NCBI GenBank assembly: GCA_964016885.1
Contig: OZ024741.1
Span: 89,280,001-89,344,000 of the forward strand
Length of the DNA: 64,000 bases
Direction of reading: 5' to 3'
DNA from: Eledone cirrhosa
Taxonomy: Eukaryota
In this document: positions 37,634-51,905 of the stretch, in pieces
Layout of the letters: each line of letters opens with the position of its first letter
Position numbering within the stretch: position 1 is the first letter of the stretch
Program-made: the position numbers and the translations under genes
Notes under the pieces: generated by a model
The model's input: only the letters and a program-made list of their open reading frames with translations
Told to the model about the DNA's origin: nothing
The model's database searches: none

Positions 37634-38129
37634 CTGAAACATAAGAAAACAAAATATGATTATTACGTCTCATTCCACATTCAATTCAACACACTATACA
37701 CTATAAGCACACCCCTACCCACCCATAATAACAAACAATCCATTACACCACACACACATACATACATACAAATATACACATTTATAAAAGTTCACACTTA
37801 CACATCAAACAGACTCTTAAAACACATACACATACACATAAATATATATCATGTTGGTAACATGAGAAAATACACCCAGTCAACCCTGCAAGGTGGTTAT
37901 GCTGGTGACATGTAAAAAAAAGTAGCCAGTTCATTCTGTAAGGTTGTTGTGCTGGTGACATGATAAAAAACACCCAGTCCACACTGTAATGTGGTTGGTG
38001 TTAGGAAGGGCCTCCAGCCATAGGATTCAAGCTAAAATACAAATCTGTGTGAGCATGACATGGTCTCTGGACTTGACTTATCTCATAACCTGACAACCCC
38101 CGTCTAACCCATCCAAACGTGGAAAATAG

Positions 38130-39562
38130 ATAATAATAATAATAATGAAATTATTGTGTACAGTGCTCAGGTGCACTACAACTCATCAAAGGTGCATGTA
38201 TAGTACATAGAATAATGTACAAATGTCAGGAAAATGAACAGTGTACGAGTCATGATATAATAACAATAACAATAATGAAATATTGTGTACAGTGCCCAGG
38301 TGCACCACAACTCATCAAAAAAGTGCATGTACAGTACATAGGGCAATGCACAAACATCAGTAAAATGAACAGTGCACGAGTCATGATACACACATGTGTG
38401 CATGTGCATGGAAGGGGTACATCAGGTGTAATTTTGGCGTATTTCGGGAAGCATGAGTGTCTTAAAGGATGCAGTGTCTCGGCAGCTAACAACTGACGCA
38501 GGCAGTTTGTTCCATGCTTCAGCAACTCTGAGCGTGAAAAAATGTCTACGAAAGTCATGGGAGCTGTGCTGTTTTCTGATCTTGTAGGCATGTCCACATG
38601 TGTTAGACACATGGAGATCAAAGAGGCGCTCAGGGTTGCAATTGGCGAGATGGTTAAAAACTTTGTGGGTATTCACCAAGTCCATTGCCAGACGTCGGAG
38701 CTTCAATGAATCCATGCCCAGGGAAGCAAGGCGTTCAGAGTATGGTAGGTGTCTGATGGAGGGTATGCGCTTGGTTGCACGTCTCTGAACAGTTTCCAGG
38801 AGGTCAATGTTCTGAGCAAGATAGGGGTTCCAGACTGATGATGCGAATTCCAAGTGTGGTCGTACCATAGCTGTATACAGTTTTAAATAGATGGCTGAAG
38901 AGCGGCTAACAAAGGTCTTGCTGAGTGATGCCAAGACACCCTCGGCCTTCTTGACAATCTTAGAGACATGCTTTGTCCAACGCAAATCGTTGCTGACAGT
39001 AATGCCCAGGTCACGTTCACAAGAGGACTTTTTGATATCAGTGTTGTGGAGGGAGTATGTGGACGCTGGATTTTTCCTTCCAAAATGCATGGTGGTACAC
39101 TTGTCCACAGCCAGCTTCAGTTGCCAGTCTGTGATCCATTGCTGCATTGTGTCCAGGTCTGATTGTAGGAAAGAGTTGTAAATTTCAGGATCAGTCCTTT
39201 TGATTTCAAGGTACAGCTTGATGTCATCTGCATATTTTAGTACCGTGGCATTCTGTAAGTTGGCATCTATGTCGTTAATATATGCCACAAACAAAAGAGG
39301 ACCAAGAACAGATCCCTGTAGTACACCAGATGACATCTCATATGGTGAAGAATGCTGTCCTAGAACCGTGACTACTTCTTTTCGGCTGAGAATGAAGGAT
39401 TTCAACCAGTCGAAAAGATCATCCCTCACACCCATTGCAGAGAGTTTTGCCATAAGTCTTTTGTGTGGCACAGAATTAAAAGCCTTAGCAAAGTCAAGGT
39501 AAACAACATCCACCCATGAGCCGCTGTCAGTGATCCGGGTGATGTCCTCAAGGAACTCGATG
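38130..39562 (-). mobile_element. CR1-clade LINE, 5'-truncated, RT still open, 3' end duplicated
   Basis: VDVVYLDFAKAF, QGSVLGP, KYADD, ERDLGI, VRPHLEF. About 380 stop-free codons. Confidence 0.92.
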
Positions 39563-40615
39563 TTAAATGATGATGATGATAATGTGTGTGTGTGTCTAAA
39601 ATAAAGCCCAACACACCACACCATACATTATATTACATTATCTTAACAAACACAATTCCTCATGTAGCTTTCATCTGGAGAGAACATTGATGTGAGAGAA
39701 TATTAAGAGAGAGAAGAAATACTTAATGGATAGTTTTTAAAATATATGAATGAAGTGAAATATTTTAGCTATTAATGATGAAAGAATTCAGTAAGCTCAA
39801 AGTGAGTTGAGTTGATAACCTATTTTGATTGATATATTACTGGGGTAACAGTTGTCTTTCAATGCTACACTTTACTACGGAGTATATCTATGTTTCAGTC
39901 AACACTGTATACATAGACAGATGTACACACCTTATCTGTATATACAATTCCTTGTTATAAGCCATTTTACTTCAGTTATGCAGTTATTACTTTGAAAAAT
40001 GCATAAATTTTAAAGAATTTACTTTCATCTCCTCCAATAAATCTTGTGCCTACGTAAGTAATGTTTTTTTAATTAAATATCTGAGTTACGTTGTTATTGT
40101 ACATGTGTTTATTTAGAGAGGAAAAAGCAAAACTTATCCTTTATTTCTTCAGGGCCTCAGAAACTGGTGAAGGTTGAAATGAATTCATTTCCAAACCAAG
40201 ATACTTGCAAAAGAAATCCACTAAAAGCTTCCAAGTTGTCCAATGGTGAGGTTAAATTGGGTGATGGATTAAGTCTACTACCCAACAACTCAGAATAGAC
40301 AGAGTTGGAAGAGATGCTGCAAGTTATGTCTTACACTCTAACAATTCAACCAATCCACTAACTTAGACTGGTATTTTGAAATGATGAAAGGTAAAGTTGA
40401 GCACAGTAGGATTTGAACTTAGAACATAAGAGAACAAGTACTGTAAGGCATTTAATCCTACACTCTAATAACTTTGCCAATCTGTCGTCACTTTTGGGGT
40501 ACAAATGACTAACTATGAAGGGTGCTGCTGGGCCAGATGTTTGTTTGGGTAGAAATGGCAAGAAATTTATGAAAAGAATTTAGCCCTCGAAAATACTGTA
40601 AAAGAATGTACATAC

Positions 40616-40792
40616 CTCATAAGGGCGCACTCTGAAAAAAGGATTTATAGTAACCAGAGCTATGTATTTTTTACATGCATCAGTTTCAATTTGAAACCAT
40701 CCTATAATCTGTGATGTGAGAGGCTTTACTTCTGTTGGACAGTCCTTAGGAATTCCACCTTCCACAGCATGCAAAGTCTTTGCTTTTTCATC
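40616..40792 (-). CDS. CLCC1: CLCC1-like exon: DEKAKTL...DACKKYIALVTINPFFRVRPYE
   Basis: ttttcag / gtatgt, phase 0. Matches the CLCC1 motif [20 protein letters not shown]. Confidence 0.9.
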
Positions 40793-41166
40793 CTGAAAAT
40801 ACAGATTCAAATTTGAAGAAAAAAAATTAGTAACTGTTAACAGCAAAAATTTACAAAATTGTCAGCAAGTTCACTTGGTGGACAAGAGGCATATAGTTCC
40901 TTTTCTGTTGGTGAATTTCTTTTTATTTACCATCTCAAATTTACAAATCTATGATGCTGAATACTGTTTACATATATACCTACACATATTTATTCACACA
41001 CACACACATGTTTGTTCATGTATATACATTCATATATATTTATTTATCATCTTTTATCATAATTTACAATAATACTGTTTACAGATATATATTCACGCAC
41101 ACACACATATATATATATATAGTCACAGAGCAAAGTATCATTTAGAAAACATATCTCCAAGTATTA

Positions 41167-41364
41167 TCTATATATCTCAAACAGAGAATGTCTGTCTGTC
41201 TGACTCCCTAAAACTAAAGAACCACCCAACCGATTGTTTTCAAACTTTATACATGTAATACCTATGATCCTGTGAGTGTTTTGAAGCTCGATAAGGATAA
41301 ATATATATCAAATATATAAGAACCCTAGAGCAAATCCCGAGCAACGCCGGGGCCATTCTGCTAG
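41167..41364 (+). mobile_element. Non-autonomous Helitron-like element
   Basis: 5' TC, (GTCT)n, 3' hairpin cccgagcaacgccggg, CTAG end, A|T target. Confidence 0.75.
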
Positions 41365-41559
41365 TATCTTCTATTATTGTAGACTTACGTTAACATTTCT
41401 GATTTCTGAGTGTCCACCTCGTATTCTGGGAAAAAAGTCCTTTGCAGCATGTACAGGGGTAAGATTAGTTGGTAGCAGAAAAAAAAAGGATGCTCTCCTC
41501 TCCCCCTCTGTTTTCTGGGGAAAAAAGTTCTTTGCAGCAGCAGTTAAGGTTAGTTGCCT

Positions 41560-42460
41560 CACAAGGAAGATGACCTACCATCCCAGATGCTTTCAGCATC
41601 TTAGCAACTATCCCCAAAGGTCCAGCTGCTTTGCCTGTCTTCATATCCTTAAATGCCTTACTTACTATGCTGCTGCTGATGTGTACAGCTGGTCCCTCTA
41701 TTGGGTTCACTAGGGGCAAACTATCTTCCTCCCATATATTCTCCCCATTCAGTAGTCTTTCATAGTGGCACTTCCAAGCTACCTTCTTTTCAGTGTCAAT
41801 AAGGGCAATTACACCATTATCATCTTGGACACACTTCTCCCCAACAACATCACAATTTTCCCAGATACTCTGCTTAGCAATCCTGAATATCGCACACCTT
41901 TGGTATTCACATTGCAAAACATGCTTAAATTATTTTATTTTCTGCTTCCCTTCTTGCAAAGTATACTTGTTGCCTAGCTTCTCTCCTAGTATCCTGATAG
42001 TGTTCTCTACTTCGCCCTTTATTTCCATGCTTGGCAGTTGACGTTAATTGTCTCATCCACCCTTCTATCACCAAGTCACTCTCTTTCTCCCTAGAGACCT
42101 GCTCCAGCCACAGAGCTCATTTGTCGCCTTCAGCAGATTATCTTTCTGCAACTCCCACTGCTCTTCTATATTATATGTCTCTATTTGCTCTTCCTTACTG
42201 TCAAAAGCATCAAGCAACATACCTCTAATTTTGTTACTGGCTGAAGGCTTCTTCCATATCCTCCTCTTCTATGTTGCTATCTGTCTCAGAGTTTGTCTAG
42301 CCCTAACTATAAAGTCACTAACTACTAGATTATGTTGAGTGTAGGGAGGGATTTTTGGTTTACAACTGTCACCCTATCTCATCTGGTGGTGATAAAATCT
42401 ATCTGGTTGGCATGCTTACCTGATCTATAGGTGAGCAAGTGACTGTCTTGTTTTTTGAAC
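41560..42460 (-). mobile_element. RTE family 1 decayed fragment (EN-linker)
   Basis: ENCDVVGEKCV...MKTGKAAGPLGI. Confidence 0.85.
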
Positions 42461-43799
42461 AAGCTCTTCATTGATCTCATATTCCTGCAGAACCTTCCAC
42501 AACTCCTGTGAGATGTGGTTGTATGATCTTTTGAGGTCCATGAAACAAGCATACACCTCTTGGCAACACACCCACGGTTTTTATTTCTTATTATGGAGTC
42601 AGCAGATACTTTATTTGCTGATTGAATTCCAGCTTAACCACAAAATCCTCCCATATTTTAAACTTGGTTGCCTTTATTGTCACTGCTGCAACTTTTCATG
42701 CCTTCTTGTACCAAGAGTACAAGAAAGAAAACTTTAATCCTCTGATTGAACCAGGGGCTCCTCTTGCCTGCTGGCTTCCCATCAAGCTGATTTTGTTCAC
42801 CGTATTGCTATCTACCACCTGCGACCCATTCTCTAGCAGAACAGCTTAAATTATTATTTACAAATGTATAATGCTGAATATTTTTACACACGCATATTTA
42901 GAGCCTGCTGTAGTTACTCCCAAATCATGTCTTGAACTACAACGAAAGTCAGCTGATGATCAAAGTGTCTCAATTCCTCAATACTAGCATGAAATCATGA
43001 TACAGAGTAACTACAGAATAAAAACAAGTTATGGGTTGGGAGGACTCTAGCTGTGCTTTAGACATGTCAACCTCCCTAATGTTGGTGATTTACATGATAA
43101 ACATACAATACACACTGTAAAATGTATGGTAACATGAAGGGCATCTAGATGTAGAAAACTTGACAAACAAAGTGTTGGGAAGATTCTTCAGTTATGCCAA
43201 AGACATGACAACTTCCCTAGTGTTGGCATCATGATAAAATGCACTTGATAGAGCATGGGATTGTATGATGCCCACCTGCCTCCCTACCTTGTTTACACAA
43301 GCTTTGTGGTGGAAGCAAGTTGAAATGGCAGGGTTTGACATTGGGATTCTACCTTTTCAATATATATGTGTTTTAATACATGATAATTAGTCACATGACT
43401 TCAAAAATGACTGAAGGGTCCTCTCGACCCTTTTTTTTTCTCTTTTCATGGAAATGAGAACACTGAAGTGGTGGAGGTAGTGCTTATCAGTGGTATAGTG
43501 GTGGAGAGAATATTTAAAGAGTGATAGTGGAGGAGCTATGAGTGGGGTTCAGAGAGTAGCTACTAGGATGTGACAGTGAGGGTATCTAAGGGCCTTAGGG
43601 AGGAAGAGATAGCAGATAAGAGGCATGGTGGTGGTGGTGGTGGTGGTGGTGGGGGGGGTTAGTGATGGTGAAGATAGCTGCTAGGGAGTGCTAGTGGAGG
43701 AGGCACAGGTGGGGTGCATAAGAATAAGGAGAGTGGCTACTAGAGTGTGATAGCAAGGGAATCTAGAGGCTTTCGAGGGGGCAGCAACCGAGGAGTGCT

Positions 43800-43920
43800 A
43801 GTGGCTGGTTTTCGTGCTGGACGCGGCACTACTGATATGATCTTCTCAGCTAGACAGCTCCAGGAGAAGTGCATGGAACAAGGCTTGGATCTGTATCAGG
43901 TTTTTGTCGATCTGACAAAA
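43800..43920 (+). mobile_element. Short RT fragment of a third (BovB-like) RTE family
   Basis: GFRAGRGTTDMIFSARQLQEKC...FVDLTK. Confidence 0.75.
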
Positions 43921-44039
43921 ATGGTATCACCTTCTTGTCTTCTTTCCTACTTATTAGGACTTTCATATTTGCTAAGCTTACTTTTAGGTTTTCAACTCTA
44001 GGTTCTTCTTCCATGCTTCAAATTTAGTCTCTAGCTTTC

Positions 44040-45440
44040 CTACAAATTCAGCTGAGGACTAGGTCAACAGCATATAGGAGCTCCCATGGAGTCATCATCA
44101 TCATCACTGTTTAATGTCCATTTCCCACACTGGCATGGGTCAGATGAACTGTCACGTTATGAGGCAAGTCAAGTTTGGTGATGACCATGTCTTGCTCATG
44201 CAGAACTGATTTTGGCTTGGTTTCTATGGCTGGATGCCCTTCCTAACACCAACCACATTTACAGTATGGGCTGAACACTTTTTGTTGTGACACCTACATG
44301 ACCACTTTACAGTGTGGACTGGGCACCACTTTGTCATAGCACCAAAATGACCACTTTACAGTGTGGACTGAGGACTTGCGTGGTGGAGGTGCATGGGGAG
44401 GTAAATTTGCGGCTATGGATGAGGGTGGGGTGTTATGTCAGGGGAAGTATATGGAAGGGGTGATGGCGCATACTAGCTGTATGCCTCAACACATGCATAT
44501 GAGAAGGCAGGTCTTTTGTATTACTGCATAATGCCAGAGATCACGGTCCTGTGTCATTGCCTCTGAGAGGTGTAATTGTGCAAGGTCAACTTTTATCACC
44601 TCATTCTAGGTCTTCCTACTCCATAGCTTCTATCAACTTTGATCACTCTGCACCTTTTTATACAACTGTGATCCTTTTTTTTAAGAAAAAGACTTTTTGT
44701 GATGGCTTGAAGGACAATGATAATTAGGAGTGGGCTGAGGACTGATCACCGGTTACCCCTACCTGCACTTCAAATTTATCACTGTTCTCATTGCCAACTC
44801 TCACTTTGTTGGTTGCTCCTATATACATGGCCTGCACAGCCCTCAGAAGCCATTCGTCTACACCTAGTTTCCTAAGTGCTTACGAGATTATAGAGCGTGG
44901 TCAAAGGTCTTCTCAAGATCTACAAATGCTCAATACAATGGCTTACTCTTAGCTAGACCTTTCTTGTAGTTGTCTCACCAGGAAGAGGTACCCCTACCTG
45001 GCATAAATCCAAACTGCATCTCAACTAACCTGATTCTATCCCTAATTAGTTGTGCTATAACCCTTTCAGCAACTTTCATGATCTGCTCCATCAATCTGAT
45101 ACCCCTGTAGTTACTTCTCTCTAGTGCATCTGTTTTGCCCTTGTAGCAATTTACAATCATACTGCTGCGGCAGTCATTGGGTATAACACCATCCTGAACT
45201 ACTTGGCTAACAGTGTGTCTGACTAGTTCATGTCCTACTATGCCAGATGTTTTTAGCTGCTTTCCCTGCCTTTATGTCATTAATTGCTTTATGTATCATA
45301 CTGTTGTCAACTTTTATGGCTGGTCCCTTAGTAGGGTCTGCATCGGGAAGGCTCCCACTTTCTTGTTATTTTCCTCATTCAGCAGCCTCTCATAATAGGT
45401 ATTCCATGCCTCTTTCTTTTCGGTGTTAGACAGGGCTAGT
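44040..45440 (-). mobile_element. RTE family 1 decayed and rearranged fragments
   Basis: IVNCYKGK...NYRGI...MQFGF, 3' UTR with 47-bp units, (GAT)n tail. Confidence 0.82.
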
Positions 45441-45540
45441 GCTCCACTATCATTTCAGACACACTTATATATATTACACACACACACACACATTTAATCA
45501 TGTAAGAGAACAGTTAAAAAATATTGATTATAAAATTTAC

Positions 45541-45675
45541 CTCATACAGGTAGAACCAATTCCACATAACATTGATAAAAAACATCAGTATTGCAAGTCT
45601 CCATATCCTTTGCCTTGTGAATATGTTTAATGTGAAAGTAGCGACCACTATCACAACTAGAGCAATGAGAAAATA
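45541..45675 (-). CDS. CLCC1: CLCC1-like exon TM1-TM2: YFLIALVVIVVATFTLNIFTRQRIWRLAILMFFINVMWNWFYLYE
   Basis: Poly-T ttttag acceptor, gtaaat donor, phase 0. WNWFYLY matches CLCC1 WNWMYLY. Confidence 0.92.
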
Positions 45676-45875
45676 CTAAAAGAAAAAAAAATGTTTTTTT
45701 TATTTAAGAAAAAAAATGTTTATTTTTTATTTTTGTTTATTTAAGAAGGGAAGGCAGTGTCCATGACCCTTTTCAGGGCTCTCAGGACTGGTGGGAGGGA
45801 GAGAAACCTGGTCTGAATAACTACATCAGAGTAAACTCCATTAAAGTCACCTTAAAGCTTGTGAGGTACTGTTAA

Positions 45876-46082
45876 CCCTTTAGCATTTAAACTGGCTGTA
45901 TCCGGCCAGAATTCACTCACCTCTTTCTGTTTAAACTGGCCGTAACTGGCCGATCATACTGACGTTAAGGTTTGTTCTCAAAATAAAAAACACCAAAATC
46001 TCATAGATTCGATATTATGTAAGATGAAGCTTTTACTATAGAAATACAATTGTATATATAGAGTAATGTAAATGCTAAAGGG
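45876..46082. mobile_element. piggyBac-type MITE
   Basis: TTAA on both sides. TIR ccctttagcattta / taaatgctaaaggg. Confidence 0.85.
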
Positions 46083-47194
46083 TTAAACCAGGTGACTGAT
46101 TAAGTCTACCACTCAAATAGGCCACAAGACACCTCATCTAACACCCAACATTTAAACCAATCTTGGACTGTCCCTAAAATGATGAAAGGTAAAATTGACC
46201 TCAGCAGGAGAGCCAGAATAAATGCTGCAAAAAATATTGTTTTATGCTCTAATGACTCTGCCAATTGTTCTTAGAATCATGTATGTAAAATCACTAACTA
46301 AAATTACGATAAATTTAATTAGAAGATAGTGTTTATGGGTGTATGTGTACAATGAGTTTGGATTCAACTGCACTGTTCATGTGTCTTTTTGACCTGATTG
46401 AATGTAGTTTAATATGAGTTATCTATCTTTGAATAGCTTTACCATCTTTAGTACACAAAGGAAGATAATGTCCTTATTCACTAAGCCACTGAGTCTAATC
46501 CAGTATGATGTACACATCCATGGTTAAAACATCCAATAATGAACAGAGATCTGTAAAGTGATAGTGCTGGCACCCCGATAAAATGCACCCAATCCAATCC
46601 AGAACCTTATCACTCTTGTTGGAGGAACCCTTTCCTGGTTGACCTCTAACGCTTTCTGTTTGGTTTTGGTCATGTCAGAGGTGTAGCCGTACTCATCACG
46701 CTTGACCAAATGAGGGTTGGTGAGGCTATTTAACTCATAGTTGGGGTGGATGACTGTTGACTCTGAGGAGTTCATCCCATCTTTTGACAGCTGTTGCTTT
46801 TTGTGCTGTAAAATGGTGTACTGGTGGCACAATAAAATATACCCAATATACTCTGTAAAGTGGTAGTGCTGGTGCTATGATAAATACACCCAGTACACTC
46901 TGTAAAGTTGTAGTGCTGGTGCCACGATAAATACACCCTGCACACTCTGTAAAATAGTGCTGGTGCCATGATAAAATGCACTGTGATGTGGTTGGCATTA
47001 GGAAGAGCATTTAGCTGTAGAAACCACACAAAAATACGGAATATATGTGGAAAACATAATTATAAAACCATGTTTTAGCTCAGACTGTGATGATCTGTTC
47101 AACACATACCAGCATGGAAAATGGACATAAAATGGTGATGAGCAGGCAACTTTTCTGTTTCTGTTCATAAACAATGATGAAAAGAAAAATGTTT

Positions 47195-48075
47195 CATCAT
47201 CAACATCATCATCACCGCTTTACGTCCATTCTTCCACGCTAGCATGGGTTAGACAGGTTGTCCTGCTGTGGGCAGTGTTAGGTTGGGTGACCTTGTCCTG
47301 CTCATATGGGAACTGATTCTGGCTTGATTTCTACAGCTGGATGCTCTTCCTAACACCAACCTCATTTACAGTGAGTGCTGGGTGCTTTTTTTCCGTGGCG
47401 CCTACACGTCCACTTTACAGTGTGGGCTGGGTGCTTTTTTTTGCCGTGGCACCTCCACGACCACTTTGCAGTGGGAGGAGACGGGGTCATATTGTCTATA
47501 TGCTTCAGCTTGTTCCCGTGGGAAGTCGGGTCTTCTGTATTACTGCATGACACCAGAGGTCACGGTCCTGTGTCATCGCCATTGAGAGGTGCAATTGGGC
47601 ATGGTCTGCTTTTATCATCTCATCCCAGGTCTTCTTGGGTCTCCCCACTCCATGGCTTCCATCAACTTTTAGTGCTTTGCACCTTTTTATGCAGCTGTCA
47701 TCCTTCATACGCATCACATATCTATACCAACGCATCCTCCTCTCCTGCACGCAGCATTTGATTCCTCTTATGCTCAGTCTCTCTCTCAATTCGTTTATGC
47801 TTTGCCATTTGCGTATATTACTATTACACATCCATCGTAACATGCAGGCTTCGTTTCTTTCTAATCTACGCACGTCTTCTGCACACAGTGGCCAGGTCTC
47901 ACTACCATGTATCATTACTGTTTGTATGCACGCATCATACAGTCTCTGCCTTTCATTTTGAGGAAAAAGGCTTTTGCAGCTAGCAGTGGTAGTAGCTCCC
48001 TGAACTTCTTCCATCCCGTTCTTACCCCAGTTACTGTACTTTCAGAACACCCATCTCCGCTGCTAATTTGGTCAT
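47195..48075 (-). mobile_element. RTE family 1, young 5'-truncated 3' portion
   Basis: High similarity to 13432-14305. Confidence 0.92.
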
Positions 48076-48145
48076 ATGTAAAAAAAAAAGGAAAGAAAAA
48101 ATAAAATTACAAAATATATGTAATCAGTGAGAAAGAGATACACAC

Positions 48146-48367
48146 CATATGAACTGGGTCTGAGAAATATTCTGTGAAGTTGATGTCTAAATCATTACCA
48201 GTAGAATCAATATTTTTGACCATATGTGACATGATATCGACAACATCATCAAAGTTGGCATGACTATCCACAAACTCCTTTAATATTTTCTGTTCGTGCA
48301 AGGAGAGTTCAAAATTTAATTGGTAGTCAATTTTCTCACGAATTTCTTCAAAATTCTCAGATGAATA
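48146..48367 (-). CDS. CLCC1: CLCC1-like exon: YSSENFEE...DYQLNFELS...FSDPVHM
   Basis: tttgcag / gtgtgt, phase 0. Resembles the CLCC1 lumenal segment HYDAEIIL...LDDALSDIL...DPYNV. Confidence 0.85.
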
Positions 48368-48989
48368 CTGCAAAACAAAATTTACAACTATAAATCACAG
48401 TAGTCCTTGTTTGTAGATTTCATATTCCAAAGTAGTAAAGGGGTGATGGGCGAGTGTGGTGAAGGTTTAGTTGGGCTTTGTAGGTTTTAGAATAGTTATA
48501 ATTTTGCATATAAACCAGGCTACACTAAAAAAGTTCATGGTAATTTTTCACTACAGAAGACCATGCATGTAAGCATCTGTCTTAGAAATAAAGAAAAATT
48601 GATTTATTTCTCTTTGGTAAAAAGATCTTTTCTATAAAAAAATTGAAATCTTGGTATATTATTATCATTAATACCAATGTGATTAATACACGCTGCTGCT
48701 GTGATACACTACAGAATGTATTTAACATTACCCACTATCTATCTATGATTAAAGGGAAGCAGCTCATAAAAAAAGAAATTGAAAAACAAATTAACATGAC
48801 CTGATAAGCTTAACCATCAAAAAAGTTTTTAAAAAAAAGCACCATAGACGAGGAAAATAATCCGATTAAACAACATCCAATAACTAAAACACTGCCTAAC
48901 AGAATACAGACAAGAAACATCGTATTTATTATTTATTTATTATTGGTGTAAATAGAAATAATTTACAAATTTTAATAAGTAACTTGGTG

Positions 48990-50760
48990 CTCATGGGTTT
49001 CTCAATATTTACATGAATTTATGTTGTAACTCGTAAATTGTCTTCCAGATGAATATCTGTTAATCTTGACCTAATTTTTGACTATTATTTTCATTGTAGA
49101 AAAGAGTTGTCCACATTTACACATACTTCTAAACAGGGTGGCATATTTTCTAGCAAAGCACATTAGGTTAGTGCAATTTTCTTTGGGAAGAGTTCCATAT
49201 AACTGTATTAAAGATTCCTCTTTAAAATTTTGCCAACGAAATTCATCACTTTGAAGCTCAATGATTTCCATTTGCAATTCCTTTCAAGCTATTTTTTCAA
49301 CATAGGCATTAAAGGGATTTTCAAAAAGGTTAAAATCAGCTTATCTAGCTTTGAAGTAATTAAAACGGGTGTTTAGTTATTTTTTTCAGCTTATTTAACT
49401 CCACAGCAAAACCATCATAACCAAACTCGCTGTGATTAACTAGTGTGGGGAATTGGAAAGCATCATCAGTCCTGAGTTGATTCTCCCAAATCTGAAGTTT
49501 TGTTTGAAAAGTTTTGACATGAAAATACATCTCATGATTCAATTGATTTTACTTTTGTAATTTTAAATTTAAATAATTTAAATGTGTAGTGATATCTACA
49601 AGGTATGCAAGGTTAGAATTACCACAAATTCCAGTTATCATCCTTCAAACTTGGGAACACATTTACTCTTCGTTTATCTGAGGCTATAAAACCATTTGCA
49701 GTATCTCCCCTTTAGGTAACCAGCAAACAGCACAGTAGTAAACTAGATTGTCATACTCAGATTCAAGTTCTTCTAAGAACTGTTTAAACTGGCAATGGTT
49801 AAATGCTCAATTTATAAAGTTGATGTTTGAAACAACCACATGCATAACAGTTTCAAAATTTTATAAACTTTCCACATAAATTTTCTTGTCTAATTATATA
49901 ATGGATTGTTGCAAAGTCACTGTTTGCTGAATACAAAGAAGTTAATTCTTTGAATTTGAATAGAAAGCTTATCTTAAACCCAACCGTTGCTACACTGATG
50001 AGTTGTTCTAGTAGAAGATTCAACTTTGATGTTGCTTTCTTTACTTCTTCATAAATATTATATACTGTAAAATGTGTCTTTCATTGACTGAACAGTAAGT
50101 AATTATTTGCTGATATAGTATGCATGAAAATTGCCAGTTGGGCCATATAATTTCTTTCATCAATGGTATGATATGGACTCATAACTCCTGAGGAGCCGTA
50201 GGGACGCCATATTGACACACGGTGATTCTAGGGCATTTTAAAATCCTGGCAGAGCCTTTCTCCTCTCCAGGTCTGAATACAGTAGATTTCTTCGAGAGAA
50301 GGATAGAGAGGGTGAGAGAAAGCAAGTGAGAAAGAGATATAGAGGAAGAATCGACCCTAGTACATGACTGGTACATTTTTTATTGACCATGAATGGATGA
50401 CAGGCAAAGTTGACCTCGGCGGTATTTGAACTCAGAGAGCAGAGAGCCGAAATGAATACTACAAAGCATTCTATTCAGCGTTCTAACGACTGCCAATTTG
50501 CTGCCTATCTTTCATCAAGAGCCAGTGCAGTGAGAAACATTCAAATTCTTTTATTTTTTCTGTCAGCATACCCTCAAAATATGCTGCAATTTCTTCAACC
50601 CATCTTGTTATTGTCCTGCAAGATGAACTTATCAAAATTTTCCGGACATAAAATTTAAGCCACTACCAAAGGAAATTCTTTTACAAATTTCTCATCGGAA
50701 TAATATTTTGAATGTTTTGCCACCTTTTCACTAACAAAGTGCATGTACAGCTTATTTGAG
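48990..50760 (-). mobile_element. hAT (Charlie/GTF2IRD2-like) transposase relic with nested SINE (about 50180-50500)
   Basis: Fragments QMEIIELQSD, CGQLFSTMK and FQTKLQIWENQL. Confidence 0.75.
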
Positions 50761-51445
50761 TCTTGTCTGCCTTTCAGAAAAGAGAATGTGAAAAAGACAC
50801 CTGTCTAGTGCTGGTGCCATGAGAAATGCACCTATTACATCTTATACGGTGGTTAGTGATAAGAAGGGCATCCAGCTGTAGAAAACATCCTAAAAAAGGG
50901 TCAAGAGTTATGTGAAGGGCATGATAATCTCTAGTTTTGGTGATCTTCATGGTAAATGCACCCAGTACACTCTGTAAAATGGCTGATAATAGGAAGGATA
51001 TCCAACCATTGAAAATCTACCAAACAAAGAGTTTGAAGACTATTCAGCTCTGTCAAAGATATGACAACCTTCTTAGTACTAGTTCCTTGATAAAATGTTG
51101 AGTGTAGGGATGTATGTGAAATGCAAGCCCTTGGCCCATCTGAGAATTTTAAGAACTGACTTGGTCTGTGAAGACCCATTCAACTGTTATCAGGAAAAAT
51201 GAACGTTTAATGATAAACACACCATGTGTCTTCACACTGATACTGTTTAAAAGCAAGCAACAATATTTGTTTTTGTCTGACAGCTTCACTTTTATGAAAG
51301 GCAGCAGCAATATACCATACTTGTTGGTCTCAAAAAGTGCATCTGAACAATAGAAAACTCTTTCAAAAATAGTTTCATTGAACACATGCCAGCATAGAAA
51401 AACAGACATTAAATTGATGATGATGATGATGATGATGATAGTCAC

Positions 51446-51538
51446 CTTTAAATCTGGTAATGTTGACAGCAACTTTCTTAAAAATTGTTTCACTATCAGG
51501 TCTTGACGACATACTGTTTCATGACTTGGAGGTCTTTC
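51446..51538 (-). CDS. CLCC1: CLCC1-like exon: ERPPSHETVCRQDLIVKQFLRKLLSTLPDLK
   Basis: tttttaacag / gtgact, phase 0. KQFLRKLL resembles CLCC1 RRYLNKIL. Confidence 0.8.
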
Positions 51539-51905
51539 CTGTTAAAAATAAACAATATTTACAACTATAAACAAATATGTAAATATAAATTCTTTTATTT
51601 ATTATTTTTTTTTTTGCGGAGTTAGACAAAAAAAAAAAAGGTCACCAAGTTTAATGTGGCTACATGGCCAAAATAGCTGTGGTCATTAGAGGATTAACAA
51701 AGGCACTGGATTGACAGAATCGTTGTTAGAGTGGTGGGCTAAATGATTTGCAGCATTTAGTTATAGCCCTTTACATTCTGAGTTCAAATCCTGCCACAGC
51801 CAGCTTTGCCTTCCATCCAGTTGATAAAATAAAGCACCAGTTCAGTACTGCTCAGATATAAAATATTTAAGAAAAATGTAAAATGAATACAAATATGTTA
51901 TTTAC

